From an uncultured Caulobacterales bacterium (GTDB lineage: Bacteria > Pseudomonadota > Alphaproteobacteria > Caulobacterales > Parvularculaceae), in the NCBI GenBank assembly GCA_964484475.1, contig CAZAFU010000001.1:142-64141 (forward strand): DNA of 64,000 bases, in the 5' to 3' direction. The position numbers and the translations under genes are program-made. Below are positions 48,852-59,267 of this stretch, in pieces (the first letter of the stretch is position 1; each line of letters opens with the position of its first letter). Below the pieces are notes generated by a model. It ran no database searches, had not been told where the DNA came from, and was given only the letters and a program-made list of their open reading frames with translations.

Positions 48852-51788
48852 TCAGAACCTGACCGTCGCACCGACAAACATGAACCGGCCGAGCGCATCG
48901 TACACGGACGGGAACGTGTTACCGTTACCGAACGAGCCGCCTGAGCCGCCAGCGGACGTCGTGACCGGGGGAACCTCGTCGAACAGGTTGTTGATACCTG
49001 CCCGGAGCTGGAGGTTCTCACCGACACCACCCGTTACTGCAAGGTCGATGTAGTTCACCGCATCGATCGTACGATCGACCGCGGCAGGGTTTTCGGACAG
49101 CAGGTCGGCGCTGCCCCAATACCGCCACGTCAGCTGGGTGCTGATGTTGCCGTCCGCCGTGGTCCAAGTCACCGGGAACCTGTGCCGGTAAGTCGGGTTC
49201 GGCGTTCCGCATTCGGCATTCGTGGCGGAGTAGAACCCGGCGCAGTCGAAAGTGTCTTCGCCGGGAAGCGGGGTTTTCTCGAGGCTCTCAAGGTAGGTCG
49301 CCAGGTAGTCGAAGCGAAGGTCGCCGTACTGACCGATTTCCATCGTATAGCGTGCGGACACGTCGACGCCGCTGGTCTTCAGCGAGCCTGTATTCACTGT
49401 CGTCGCGGTGATGAAGCCTTCCGGCCCGAGGAACAGGTTACCGTCCGTCGGATCGCGCTGAACGAGGTTGCAGAAGAACGGATCACCCGTCTCGAGGCAG
49501 TTGTTCAGGCTCAGGCCAGCCGGAACCGTAGCGATGAAGTCCTCGACCTCGATGTTGTAGTAGTCGACCGACAGGGTCAGGCCGGGAACGAAGGACGGTG
49601 TCGCGACGAAACCGACGGTGAAGGTGTCGGAGGTCTCGACGTCCAGATCCTCGTTGCCGCCGACGACCCTGTTGTACTGGTTCGCGGGGTTGTTCGGAAT
49701 GTTCCCGTACTGAGCCGCGGTGACGCCGGTTCGAGCGCACTGCTCGAAGCTGGCGGCGGGGTTCAGGCCGGCGCAGGGATCGGACGCGCCGTTGGGCAGG
49801 ACCGGCTGTTCGAACTCGAACAGGCTGTTCGGCGAGAACAGTTCGATCGGGTTCGGCGAACGGGTCGCACGCTGGTACTGCGCCCGGAACCGGAGGTCGG
49901 AACTCGGAGCATAGGCCAGGCCCAGGGCGTAGGTGTTCTGCGTACCCGTCGTCTTCCAGAAGTCCGAGAAGCGGTAGGCGCCGGTGATCGACAGCTCGTC
50001 GGCCCAGACCGCGTCCTGAACGATGGGAAGCTGCGCCTCGGTGTAGAACTCGTACACCTGGATGCCGCCGTCGACGTCCGCACGGGCCGTGCCGAAGCCA
50101 CCGGTCCGGGTGAGGAAGTCGTTGGTCTGGGTCAGCTGCTCGTCACGGTACTCGAAACCGAACACCGTCTGGAGGCCATCCTGCGCACCGGGGAATACGA
50201 TGCCCGAGCCGGTCAGGTCACCGGTGACGTATGCACCGAAGATGATCTGGTCGACATCACCGTTCCGAAGACCGGGTGCCTGGATGTAGTCGAGAGCCTC
50301 GTCGGTGACGCCGCCGTTCTCGAAGATATTCCAGGGCACACAGGCGCTGTCGGTCCCGTCGATGGCGACCTGGCAGGCCGGCTGTCCGGTCTCCGGGTCG
50401 TTGCGGACGACGAGGGCATTGCCGACGCGGTCGTTGTTGAAGAAGTTGGCGGAGGTGTCGCTGTAGGTCACCTTCGCGTACTGACCGAAGACATCGTACG
50501 ACCATTCCGGCGAAAGATCACCACGCAGACCGCCGTTCATCCGGTAGGAGGTGTGCTGGATCTGGTTCTGGCGGCCACCGCCCTCGACGTTCCGGCGCTG
50601 GACCGTGAGCGTCGTCAGACGGTCACTGGGATCGGCAGCGTTCGGATCGATGCCGCGGTCGATGCAGAGCCCCTGAAGAAGTGATTCGTTCAGGAAGGGG
50701 TTGTCGCAGTTGATGGTCTGGCGGCCGAAGCTCCCTGTCGGAGCGATCTGCGCCGTCGTGGTATCGTCCATGAACTGGAGATCGGCGTAGACTTCGGCTT
50801 TTTCGCTGAACTCGTAGTGCGCGAAGGCGCCGAACGAATACCGCTCGCCGGGACGGATGAAGTTGTTGAGCGGTGCGAAGTTGTAGGTATCGTCCGGCGA
50901 CACGAACTGCCGGAGGTTGCCGGTCTGCTCGTCGATGATGACGTTGAAGCTCTCACCGTCGATGAAGTGGGTCGGGAAGGTCGTGCCCGAACCGACGCAG
51001 GCGAAGTCGTTGCCGCCGTCCCTGGTGCCCAGGGCACAGGCGCTGGCGATGCGGTCGCCCTGCAGCACCGCGTTCTGCTTACGGAAGTTGAAATAGGTCG
51101 TGACGTTGCCACGACCGTTATCGGTGTTGAGGCCGAGGATGGCACTGAAGTCGACCGATTCGCCATCGAAGGTGCTTCCCGGCACCGGCTGGTCGAAGTC
51201 TCTCAGGACCCGCTCGAGGTTGCTGTCATCGTTGGCCGTCTGGTAGGCGCCACCCTGGATGTCGAGCTGCAGCCCTTCGAAATCGTCCATCATGACGAAG
51301 TTGACCACACCCGCCACGGCGTCGGCGCCGTAGACCGCGGTGGCACCGCCGGTCAGAACGTCGACCCGCTGCACGAGCTGGGACGGGATCTGGTTGAGGT
51401 CGGCCGGCGCGAAGGTCGGAGAGCCGTAAGGAAGACGGCGACCGTTCACGAGAACCAGGGTCCGCTCCGGACCGAGGCCCCGAAGATCGACCGAAGCCGT
51501 ACCGGTACCCTCGTTGGCCCGGCCGGCGCCTTCGGACGGAGAAACCTGCGGCAGGGTGTTGAGGAGATCCTCGACCCGAATCACGCCCCGGGCGTCGAAC
51601 TCACCCGCATCGACCGAAGTCACCGGGCTCGGCGACACCAGGTTGGCGTTCTTGATCCGCGAACCTGTGACGACGATCTGGTCGGTATCCTCGTCCTGCG
51701 CGACCGCAATGGTCGGCAGGCCGACGGCCAGACAGGCCGTCCCCAGCAGCAGGTGCCGGGAGAGTTTTCTCTCACGCTTCAATGACAT
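48852..51788 (-). CDS. TonB-dependent receptor (large, Cys-pair-rich)
   Basis: IVVTGSRI, LRGLGPERTLVLVNGRR, VYGADAVAGVVN and C-terminal GATVRF. Confidence 0.96.
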   Translation of the reverse strand: MSLKRERKLSRHLLLGTACLAVGLPTIAVAQDEDTDQIVVTGSRIKNANLVSPSPVTSVDAGEFDARGVIRVEDLLNTLPQVSPSEGAGRANEGTGTASVDLRGLGPERTLVLVNGRRLPYGSPTFAPADLNQIPSQLVQRVDVLTGGATAVYGADAVAGVVNFVMMDDFEGLQLDIQGGAYQTANDDSNLERVLRDFDQPVPGSTFDGESVDFSAILGLNTDNGRGNVTTYFNFRKQNAVLQGDRIASACALGTRDGGNDFACVGSGTTFPTHFIDGESFNVIIDEQTGNLRQFVSPDDTYNFAPLNNFIRPGERYSFGAFAHYEFSEKAEVYADLQFMDDTTTAQIAPTGSFGRQTINCDNPFLNESLLQGLCIDRGIDPNAADPSDRLTTLTVQRRNVEGGGRQNQIQHTSYRMNGGLRGDLSPEWSYDVFGQYAKVTYSDTSANFFNNDRVGNALVVRNDPETGQPACQVAIDGTDSACVPWNIFENGGVTDEALDYIQAPGLRNGDVDQIIFGAYVTGDLTGSGIVFPGAQDGLQTVFGFEYRDEQLTQTNDFLTRTGGFGTARADVDGGIQVYEFYTEAQLPIVQDAVWADELSITGAYRFSDFWKTTGTQNTYALGLAYAPSSDLRFRAQYQRATRSPNPIELFSPNSLFEFEQPVLPNGASDPCAGLNPAASFEQCARTGVTAAQYGNIPNNPANQYNRVVGGNEDLDVETSDTFTVGFVATPSFVPGLTLSVDYYNIEVEDFIATVPAGLSLNNCLETGDPFFCNLVQRDPTDGNLFLGPEGFITATTVNTGSLKTSGVDVSARYTMEIGQYGDLRFDYLATYLESLEKTPLPGEDTFDCAGFYSATNAECGTPNPTYRHRFPVTWTTADGNISTQLTWRYWGSADLLSENPAAVDRTIDAVNYIDLAVTGGVGENLQLRAGINNLFDEVPPVTTSAGGSGGSFGNGNTFPSVYDALGRFMFVGATVRF

Positions 51789-51942
51789 CTAGTGGCCCTC
51801 TTCTAGGAATGACGCGCAACGACGGATCGCTGCGGTCGGTTGATTTGACCCCGCGCCCTGCGGGGACTGCGCGTTGCGAGCACGAAAATCCGGGAAGTAA
51901 GTCACCCTGCGAGCACCCGCCCCTTACGACTGGACCGTATTG

Positions 51943-52115
51943 CGCACAAAAGTTCGTGTCAACAAATGTCCATAATGCGCACTGAAGTTTGCTTCTGGCG
52001 GGAAATACGCGAGTTTCTGCCTGAACCTGCTTGTTAAGCGATAAGTTCCCGCATACGCTTCGTCCCGTGAACGAACCGAAAAACGCCATTGGTGCGTTGT
52101 GCGAACTTTTGTGCG
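51943..52115. promoter_or_regulatory. Mirror-image 14-mer CGAACTTTTGTGCG pair (ECF promoters or operators)
   Basis: Exact inverted copies at 51943-51956 and 52102-52115 in the divergent intergenic region. Confidence 0.55.
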
Positions 52116-52260
52116 ATGAAGCGATCACAGGGATCAGGCTTGGCGAGGACGTACGACTGAGACCTTCCAACCGCCCTCGGGACGGCCAACGCACGGACAG
52201 CGACCGTTGTCGGGACAGACAAACGAATCATTCGGAAGAAAGGACGACGAGAACGTGGAA

Positions 52261-53988
52261 ATGAAAAAAATGCTGCGCCTTGGAACGAGCTGCGCGCTCA
52301 TCATGACTGCCCTTCAGGCAGCGCCCGCTGCTGCCGAGGTCTTCCGGGTGCAAATTGACGAATCGGCGCCCCAGGACAACTACGACGGGCGAATCATCCT
52401 GATCCTGACGCCGGACGGTGAGACCGAGCCGCGCTTCCAGGTCGACCAGGCCTACGACGCTCCGCAGATCTTCGGTATTCAGGTCGACGGTCTCGAAAAG
52501 GGCCGCCCGGTTACCATTGGCAAGGACACGCTCGGCTTCCCGGCCGAGGAGATGGCCGACGTTCCGGCAGGCGAATATTACGTGCAGGCGGTCCTTCATA
52601 AGTACGACACCTTCAACCTTTCCAACGGCAAGACCGTGAAGTTGCCGGCGGCCCGCGGTGCGGGGCAGAACTGGCGCAAGGAACCGGGCAACATCATCAG
52701 CGAGCCGAAGAAGGTCTCGTTCGACCCGGACCGCCGTGGCCGCATCGACATCCAGCTCGACAACGTGCTGCCCGACATTCCCAAGAAGGAAGATACCGAG
52801 TGGATCCGGCGCATCAGCGTCAAGAGCGACATGCTTTCGGAGTTCTGGGGCACCGACGTCTACATCAACGGCCACGTGCTGGTGCCGAAAGGCTTCGATG
52901 AGAACCCCGACGCGAACTATCCGCTGGCCATTTTCCACGGGCACTTCCCGGAAGACTTCGGTGGCTTCCGCACCACGCCGCCGGACCCGGATCTCGAATG
53001 CGAGTACAGCGAACGCTTCGACGAGCCATGCTACAACCGCATCCAGCAGCAGGAAGCCTACGACTTCTACAAGACCTGGACGTCAGACGACTTTCCCCGC
53101 ATGCTGATCGTCGAGATCGATCACTCCAACCCCTATTACGACGACAGCTACGCCGTGAACTCGGCGAACATCGGGCCTTATGGCGATGCCCTCACCTATG
53201 AGTTCATCCCGGCCCTGGAAGAGAAGTTCCGCGGGCTCGGCGAACCCTGGTCACGTTTCCTCTACGGCGGCTCGACCGGTGGCTGGGAAGCTCTCGCGGT
53301 TCAGGTCAAATACCCTGAAGAGTACAACGGCGCCTTTGCGGCCTGTCCGGATCCCATCGATTTCCGGCAGATGATGACGGTGAACATCTACGAGGACGAG
53401 AACGCCTACTACCGCGAAGGTCCGTTCACGAAGATCGAACGCCCCGCGCACAGGAACTATCTCGGCCATATCTCCCGGACCATGGAGATGGAAAACCGCT
53501 ACGAGCTGGTTCTCGGAGACAAAACCCGTTCGGGCCAGCAATGGGACGTATGGGAAGCGGTTTACTCGCCGATGGGCGAGGACGGTTATCCGCAGCGCAT
53601 CTGGGACAAGCGAACCGGCGAGATCGATCCCGAGGTTGCCGAATACTGGAAGGAAAACTACGACCTCCGGTACATTCTCGAACGTGACTGGTCCAAGATC
53701 GGCGAATCCCTCGAAGGGAAGATCCATATCTACACCGGCGACATGGACAACTACTACCTGAACAATGCCGTTTATCTCATGGAGGACTTCCTTGAGACGA
53801 CCGAGAACCCGCACTATGGTGGCGTTGTCGAGTACGGCGATCGTGACGAGCACTGCTGGAACGGCGATCCGGACGAACCGAACGCGGTCTCACGCCTGCG
53901 CTACAACACGATGTACGTTCCGCGCATCCTTGAACTCATCGAGGAAAACGCTCCGCAAGGTTCCGACCTTACGAGCTGGCGCTACTGA
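52261..53988 (+). CDS. Exported esterase-like alpha/beta hydrolase
   Basis: Signal peptide; YYDDSYAVNSAN.GPYG and GGSTGG nucleophile motif. Confidence 0.82.
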   Translation: MKKMLRLGTSCALIMTALQAAPAAAEVFRVQIDESAPQDNYDGRIILILTPDGETEPRFQVDQAYDAPQIFGIQVDGLEKGRPVTIGKDTLGFPAEEMADVPAGEYYVQAVLHKYDTFNLSNGKTVKLPAARGAGQNWRKEPGNIISEPKKVSFDPDRRGRIDIQLDNVLPDIPKKEDTEWIRRISVKSDMLSEFWGTDVYINGHVLVPKGFDENPDANYPLAIFHGHFPEDFGGFRTTPPDPDLECEYSERFDEPCYNRIQQQEAYDFYKTWTSDDFPRMLIVEIDHSNPYYDDSYAVNSANIGPYGDALTYEFIPALEEKFRGLGEPWSRFLYGGSTGGWEALAVQVKYPEEYNGAFAACPDPIDFRQMMTVNIYEDENAYYREGPFTKIERPAHRNYLGHISRTMEMENRYELVLGDKTRSGQQWDVWEAVYSPMGEDGYPQRIWDKRTGEIDPEVAEYWKENYDLRYILERDWSKIGESLEGKIHIYTGDMDNYYLNNAVYLMEDFLETTENPHYGGVVEYGDRDEHCWNGDPDEPNAVSRLRYNTMYVPRILELIEENAPQGSDLTSWRY

Positions 53989-53994
53989 CAAACG

Positions 53995-54034
53995 AGGCGA
54001 CCGGTCCCGCGGCACGGGGCCGGTCGCCTTTCTT
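53995..54034 (+). terminator. Rho-independent terminator-like hairpin
   Basis: AGGCGACCGGTCCCG-CGGCA-CGGGGCCGGTCGCCT followed by TTCTT. Confidence 0.7.
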
Positions 54035-54074
54035 CGACCATCCGTTGAATGATCTTTTTGGGGACTTCCTCTTT

Positions 54075-55490
54075 ATGAACCTTATGACCGTTTCGGCTGC
54101 AGCGCTCGTCGCTCTCGGCGTCTCGTCGGCAGCTCTCGCCGCCCCCCCCGTCAGCGCCGAGGACAAGGCTCTCGCCAAGGACATTCTCGAAGAGATCGTC
54201 TCCATCCGGACGGCGAAGGGCCAGGGACAGACCGGCGCCATGGCGCAGGCGCTCGCCGACCGTCTCATGGAGGCCGGCTTCTCCAGGAAGGACATCGACA
54301 TGCCGTCGGTCAACATCGACGGCGAGACCGTGACACCGCTCATCGTTCGCTACCGGGCCGAAGGCCGCAGCAAGGAACGGCCGATCGCCCTTCTTGCCCA
54401 CATGGACGTCGTCGATGCGAGCGCCGAGACGTGGGAAACCGAACCCTACGAACCAGTGGTCAAGGATGGCTACCTCTATGGTCGCGGCGCCATCGACAAC
54501 AAGGCGGGAATCGGTGCGCTGATCACCACCTTCATTCGCCTGAAGGAAGAAGGCTGGAGCCCGAACCGGGACCTCGTCATCGCATTCTCGGCCGATGAAG
54601 AGACCGGCATGCAGACCACCAAGATGCTGACCAAGCACAAATGGGTACGCAATGCGGAGTTCGCGCTGAACTCCGATGCCGGCGCAGGCTCTGCGGGAAC
54701 CGAAAGGACAAAGCCCGCCTTCAGCATTCAGTCTGCAGAAAAAACCTACGCCACCTTCCTGATTACGGCCCGCAACCCCGGCGGGCACAGCAGCGCGCCG
54801 CGACCGGACAACGCCATCTACGATCTTGTCGACGCGATCGACGCCGTGCAGCAGGTGGAGTTTCCCGTCGAGTTCAACCCGATCACCCGGGCGATGACCG
54901 AAACCCTCGCCGCCGAGCAGGACCCTGAAGTCCGCGACGCCCTGATGAGCCTGCTCAATGACCCGTCCGATGCCTCGGCCCGGGAAGTCGTGCAGGAGAG
55001 CGGCGTACGCGCCCATTTCCTGTCGACGACATGCGTTCCGACGATGCTCGACGCGGGGAGCGCGGAGAACGCGCTGCCGCAGAAGGCGACTGTCACCGTC
55101 AACTGCCGGATCATGCCCGGAACGTCCCCCGATGAAATTCAGACCGTCCTCACCAATGCGATTTCGAACCCGGACATCGAGATCCGGCCGAATGGAGAAC
55201 GCACGCAGAGCCCCGTTTCTCCGATTAGGGAAGATCTCTTCGCCTCGATCACCTCGGCGGTTCACAAACTCTACCCTGATGCAACGGTCGAGCCGAGCAT
55301 GTCATCGGGCGGAACGGACGGGCGCGAGTTCCGCAGCGCCGGGATTCCGACCTATGGCGCTGGCGCCATCGCTCTGGGGCCCGACGACCGTCGTGCCCAC
55401 GGTATCAACGAGCGTGTTCCGCTCGAAACCTACTACCTGCAGACGGTCTTCTGGGAAACGCTCCTGAAAGACCTCGCCGGTGGGGCCTGA
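54075..55490 (+). CDS. M20/M25/M40 family metallopeptidase, exported
   Basis: AHMDVV, YGRGAIDNK, DEE, GGTDG and AHGINER motifs; signal peptide. Confidence 0.93.
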   Translation: MNLMTVSAAALVALGVSSAALAAPPVSAEDKALAKDILEEIVSIRTAKGQGQTGAMAQALADRLMEAGFSRKDIDMPSVNIDGETVTPLIVRYRAEGRSKERPIALLAHMDVVDASAETWETEPYEPVVKDGYLYGRGAIDNKAGIGALITTFIRLKEEGWSPNRDLVIAFSADEETGMQTTKMLTKHKWVRNAEFALNSDAGAGSAGTERTKPAFSIQSAEKTYATFLITARNPGGHSSAPRPDNAIYDLVDAIDAVQQVEFPVEFNPITRAMTETLAAEQDPEVRDALMSLLNDPSDASAREVVQESGVRAHFLSTTCVPTMLDAGSAENALPQKATVTVNCRIMPGTSPDEIQTVLTNAISNPDIEIRPNGERTQSPVSPIREDLFASITSAVHKLYPDATVEPSMSSGGTDGREFRSAGIPTYGAGAIALGPDDRRAHGINERVPLETYYLQTVFWETLLKDLAGGA

Positions 55491-55492
55491 AC

Positions 55493-56767
55493 ATGGCCGA
55501 GGCATATATCGCCAGCCCCAGGCAGGGCCTCCACCGCAGGGGGTTTCTCGGAACCGCGGCAGCGATCATGGGCACCGCGCTGGTTGTCCCTTCGTCGCTC
55601 GCCGCGAGCCAGGAGCGCACCCGTATCACGAACGCCGCTCCCATCACTCCGGCGGAACGACGTGTTCGGATCGCCCGGGCGCAGGAACTTCTGAAACAGG
55701 CGGGTCACGCTGCGCTCTTCGTGGAAGCGGGATCGACCCTCAAATACTTCACCGGCATCGAATGGTGGCGGAGTGAGCGGCTGACCGCAGCTCTCATTCC
55801 GGCGGAAGGCGATATCATGATCGTCACGCCGGAGTTCGAGGAGCCCTCGATCCGCGAAATGCTGGTCGTCGGTGACGACGTCAGGATCTGGAACGAGCAC
55901 CAAAGTCCCTATACCCCGATCCGTGCGTGGCTCGACGAAAACAAGATTTCCGACAAGACCCTCGCGGTCGATGAAACGGTCCGGCTTTTCGCCACCCTCG
56001 GCGTGCGCAAGGCCGCCCCTGACCTCACCGTGGTATCGGGCGCGCCGATCGTGAACGGCTGCCGGATGTACAAGAGCCCGGCCGAACTCGCCTTGATGCA
56101 GCGTGCGTCCGACATCACCGTCGCGGCATATCGCAGCCTCGATGGCAAGGTCGAAAAGGGGATGACCGGGCCCGACATCTTCGCCCTGATGCGCGAAGCC
56201 ATGGTCGCCAATGGCGGCGAGAATCCTTCGGGCGGCGTCCAGATCGACGAAGGCACCGCCCTGCCCCACGGCTCGAAGGAGCCACTGACGGTCCGGGCCG
56301 GTTCCACGGTCCTCATGGACTGCGGATGCGGAGCGGACGGCTATCGCTCCGACATCTCGCGCACTTTCGTCTTCGGGGAGCCTTCGAAGGACCAGCGGCG
56401 CATCTTCAGGGAAGTCAGGCGCGGGCAGGACATCGCCATGGAGACGGCGCAGGTCGGCACACCGGCCGGCATCGTCGATGACCGCGTGCGGGCCTACTAC
56501 ACCGAGCTTGGCTACGGCCCCGGCTACAAGACACCGGGCCTGCCGCACCGGACCGGACACGGCATCGGCATGGACGTCCACGAACCGATCAACCTGGTCC
56601 ACGGTGAGACGACATTGCTCGCTCCCGGAATGTGCTTCTCGAACGAGCCTGGAATCTACGTACCCGGAAGCTTTGGGGTACGGATCGAAGACTGCTTCGC
56701 CATGACCGAGGACGGCCCCCGCTATTTCTCGCAGCCACCGCGCTCGCTCGACGAACCTTTCGCGTAA
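55493..56767 (+). CDS. Xaa-Pro peptidase family (M24B), Tat-exported
   Basis: RRGFLG Tat motif; HRTGHGIGMDVHE, SNEPGIY and GVRIED motifs. Confidence 0.93.
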   Translation: MAEAYIASPRQGLHRRGFLGTAAAIMGTALVVPSSLAASQERTRITNAAPITPAERRVRIARAQELLKQAGHAALFVEAGSTLKYFTGIEWWRSERLTAALIPAEGDIMIVTPEFEEPSIREMLVVGDDVRIWNEHQSPYTPIRAWLDENKISDKTLAVDETVRLFATLGVRKAAPDLTVVSGAPIVNGCRMYKSPAELALMQRASDITVAAYRSLDGKVEKGMTGPDIFALMREAMVANGGENPSGGVQIDEGTALPHGSKEPLTVRAGSTVLMDCGCGADGYRSDISRTFVFGEPSKDQRRIFREVRRGQDIAMETAQVGTPAGIVDDRVRAYYTELGYGPGYKTPGLPHRTGHGIGMDVHEPINLVHGETTLLAPGMCFSNEPGIYVPGSFGVRIEDCFAMTEDGPRYFSQPPRSLDEPFA

Positions 56768-56783
56768 GAAACAGGACCTTTCC

Positions 56784-58145
56784 ATGAAACGACTTCTACT
56801 GACTTCCGTCGCGGCCACGGCCGCTCTCCTCGCTGCGGGTCCGGCTTTGGCACAGTACCAGCCCGCCCAAGGCGAAGAGACGATGAGCCCGCCCATGCCC
56901 GAGGTGATGACGCCGCGGGAGCAGGCTGAGATCCATGACGCGTGGCTCGAGCGGCGGCTCGATACGGTCGTACCCGAACTGATGCGGGAGAACGACATCG
57001 ACATGTGGGTGCTGGTTGCCCGCGAATATCTCGAGGACCCTGTCGTCACTACCATGCTGAACGCCACGAGCCTTCGGGCACGGCGGCGCACGATCCTGGT
57101 CTTCCATGACCGGGGCGAAGAGAAAGGCGTCGAACGCCTGACCGTGAGCCGCTACGGCATGGGCGGACTGTTCGAACCGTCCTGGAACCCCGAGGACGGC
57201 CAACCCGATCAGTGGAAGCGCCTTGCCGAGATCATCGAAGAGCGCGACCCGGACAAGATCGCCCTCAACACGTCGTCGATCTCCGCCTTTGCCGACGGGA
57301 TGACCTACAGCCAGTACAACGACCTCGTTGACGTGCTGCCCCGGAAGTACAAGCGCCGGATCGTCGAAGGCTATCCGCTGGCGATCGGCTGGCTGGAGAC
57401 CCGCATCCCCGAAGAGATCGAGGTTTACGACGATATCGTCCGTACGGCCCATGCCATAATAGGCGAAGGGTTCTCCGCCGACGTCATCGAGCCGGGCGTG
57501 ACCACCGTTGACGATGTCGTCTGGTGGTTCCGCGAACGTATCGCCGGTCTCGGTCTCAAGCCTTGGTTCCACCCCTCGGTGGCGATCTACCGTCATGGCG
57601 TGGAAGGCGACATGCGCGGTGATACGGTGATCGAGCGCGGTGACATGCTGTGGACGGATTTCGGTATCGTCTATCTGGGCCTCAACACCGACACCCAGCA
57701 CCTTGGCTATGTGTTGCGTGAGGGCGAGACCGAGGTGCCCGCAGGCCTGCGCGCTGGCCTCGCCGCGAACAACAAGGTGCAGGATGCACTGACCGACGCC
57801 TACAGGGTCGGCGACTCAGGCAACGAGGTGCTGGCAAGGGCTCGCAAGGCATCGATCGAACAGGGCCTTGAGCCTTCGATCTATTCGCACCCGATCGGTT
57901 TCCATGGACACGGCGCCGGAACCTCGATCGGTTTCTGGGACAATCAGGACGCCGATCCGCGGGGCGAATACCCCGTGCGGGCCAACACGGCCTGGTCGAT
58001 TGAACTGAAGGCAACGGAACCAGTGCCGGAATGGGGCGGACAGAAGGTCGATTTCAAGACCGAAGAAGACGCCTATTTCGACGGTGAGACCGTCCGCTAT
58101 CTCGATGGCCGCCAGACAGAGTTTCACATCATCGACGCGAACTGA
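56784..58145 (+). CDS. M24 family metallopeptidase, exported
   Basis: Signal peptide; DFG....LNTD.Q, HPIGFHGHGAG and EED motifs. Confidence 0.88.
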   Translation: MKRLLLTSVAATAALLAAGPALAQYQPAQGEETMSPPMPEVMTPREQAEIHDAWLERRLDTVVPELMRENDIDMWVLVAREYLEDPVVTTMLNATSLRARRRTILVFHDRGEEKGVERLTVSRYGMGGLFEPSWNPEDGQPDQWKRLAEIIEERDPDKIALNTSSISAFADGMTYSQYNDLVDVLPRKYKRRIVEGYPLAIGWLETRIPEEIEVYDDIVRTAHAIIGEGFSADVIEPGVTTVDDVVWWFRERIAGLGLKPWFHPSVAIYRHGVEGDMRGDTVIERGDMLWTDFGIVYLGLNTDTQHLGYVLREGETEVPAGLRAGLAANNKVQDALTDAYRVGDSGNEVLARARKASIEQGLEPSIYSHPIGFHGHGAGTSIGFWDNQDADPRGEYPVRANTAWSIELKATEPVPEWGGQKVDFKTEEDAYFDGETVRYLDGRQTEFHIIDAN

Positions 58146-58191
58146 GTCGACAGCCACACTGGCCGGCCGGAGAGCGGCGGGCCATTCGTTC

Positions 58192-59088
58192 TTACACGGA
58201 CTCCTCGAGAACCCATTTCGCCACGTCGAGATGGGTTCCGAACCAAGCGCCGCCCATGGCCTTGGCGTCGGTAATCAACTGGTCGAGGATCCAGATCCTC
58301 GATCGGTAGCCGATGACGAATGGGTGCATCACGAGCTGGAAGACGCCGCCCTCCCGTGCCGCCGCGTCGAGCTCTCTCCTGAAGATCTTGTAGACCTCAT
58401 CCGGCGACAGCCAGGGCCGGGTCGCGGGCTGCCGATTGAACATCAGGTAGACGGCGTCGTCCCGCAGCCATTCGACCGGAATCTCGGCAAGGCCGGTTGG
58501 CTCGCCATCGACCACCAATTCGTAGCAGTCCTCGTCAGCCATCATCGAGCTGTCGTAGATGCAGCCGATCTCCTTTGCGAGGCTGATGGTTTGCGGGCTG
58601 AGATCCCAGTTCGCCGAGCGGAACCCCTGCGGTGCCTCGCCGAGAATGCCGCCGAGCACGTCCCGCGCGCGCAGCATCAGCTCACGCTCGGTCTTCTCGT
58701 CGAGCCGGGAATTGTTCTCGTGAATGAAGCCGTGAATGCCGATCTCGTGGCCTTCTGCCGCGATGCGGCGGGTCTCCTCCGGGTCGATGAGGGCGGAAAC
58801 AGCCGGCATGAAGAAGCTTGCAGGAACCTCGTGACAACGCAGGGTCTCGAGAATCCGGGGAACGCCGACCCGGCGCCCGAACTCGCCCCAGGCGAGGCGC
58901 CCGACAGCGGCTTTTCCGCCGCCAAGTTCGAAGGTCTCGTGATCGCAATCAAAGGATAAGGCAACGGCGAATTGTGCGCCCTGCGGCCACTGTCTCGGCC
59001 GTAGAGGACGCCCTGCCCGGACCTTCGAGACGAGAGCGCGCCATTCGCTTTCCTCTGCGTTCCAAGGATCATCTCGCCATTCAGCCAT
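58192..59088 (-). CDS. Polysaccharide deacetylase family protein
   Basis: ALSFDCD, VGVPRIL, GHEIGIHGFIHE, YDSSMMAD and MHPFVIG motifs. Confidence 0.9.
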   Translation of the reverse strand: MAEWRDDPWNAEESEWRALVSKVRAGRPLRPRQWPQGAQFAVALSFDCDHETFELGGGKAAVGRLAWGEFGRRVGVPRILETLRCHEVPASFFMPAVSALIDPEETRRIAAEGHEIGIHGFIHENNSRLDEKTERELMLRARDVLGGILGEAPQGFRSANWDLSPQTISLAKEIGCIYDSSMMADEDCYELVVDGEPTGLAEIPVEWLRDDAVYLMFNRQPATRPWLSPDEVYKIFRRELDAAAREGGVFQLVMHPFVIGYRSRIWILDQLITDAKAMGGAWFGTHLDVAKWVLEESV

Positions 59089-59160
59089 GCCCAGCTCCTC
59101 TTGTCGTCGCGGCCGTTTCTGTCACTCGATCTGGCCCGAAGGATATCTTCATGCAAACCG

Positions 59161-59179
59161 ATGTCCGCATAGCGGACAT
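59161..59179. promoter_or_regulatory. IclR-type palindromic operator ATGTCCGC-ATA-GCGGACAT
   Basis: Perfect 8-bp inverted repeat fitting GTNCG-N5-CGNAC, between divergent genes. Confidence 0.7.
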
Positions 59180-59267
59180 TTATTCTTGACGGCAAGCAGA
59201 AGGGGTCGTTTCATCCATCAGCGGCGGATGCCCGAGCCGGGCCAGCTGCTCAATGACGGAGGTCATC

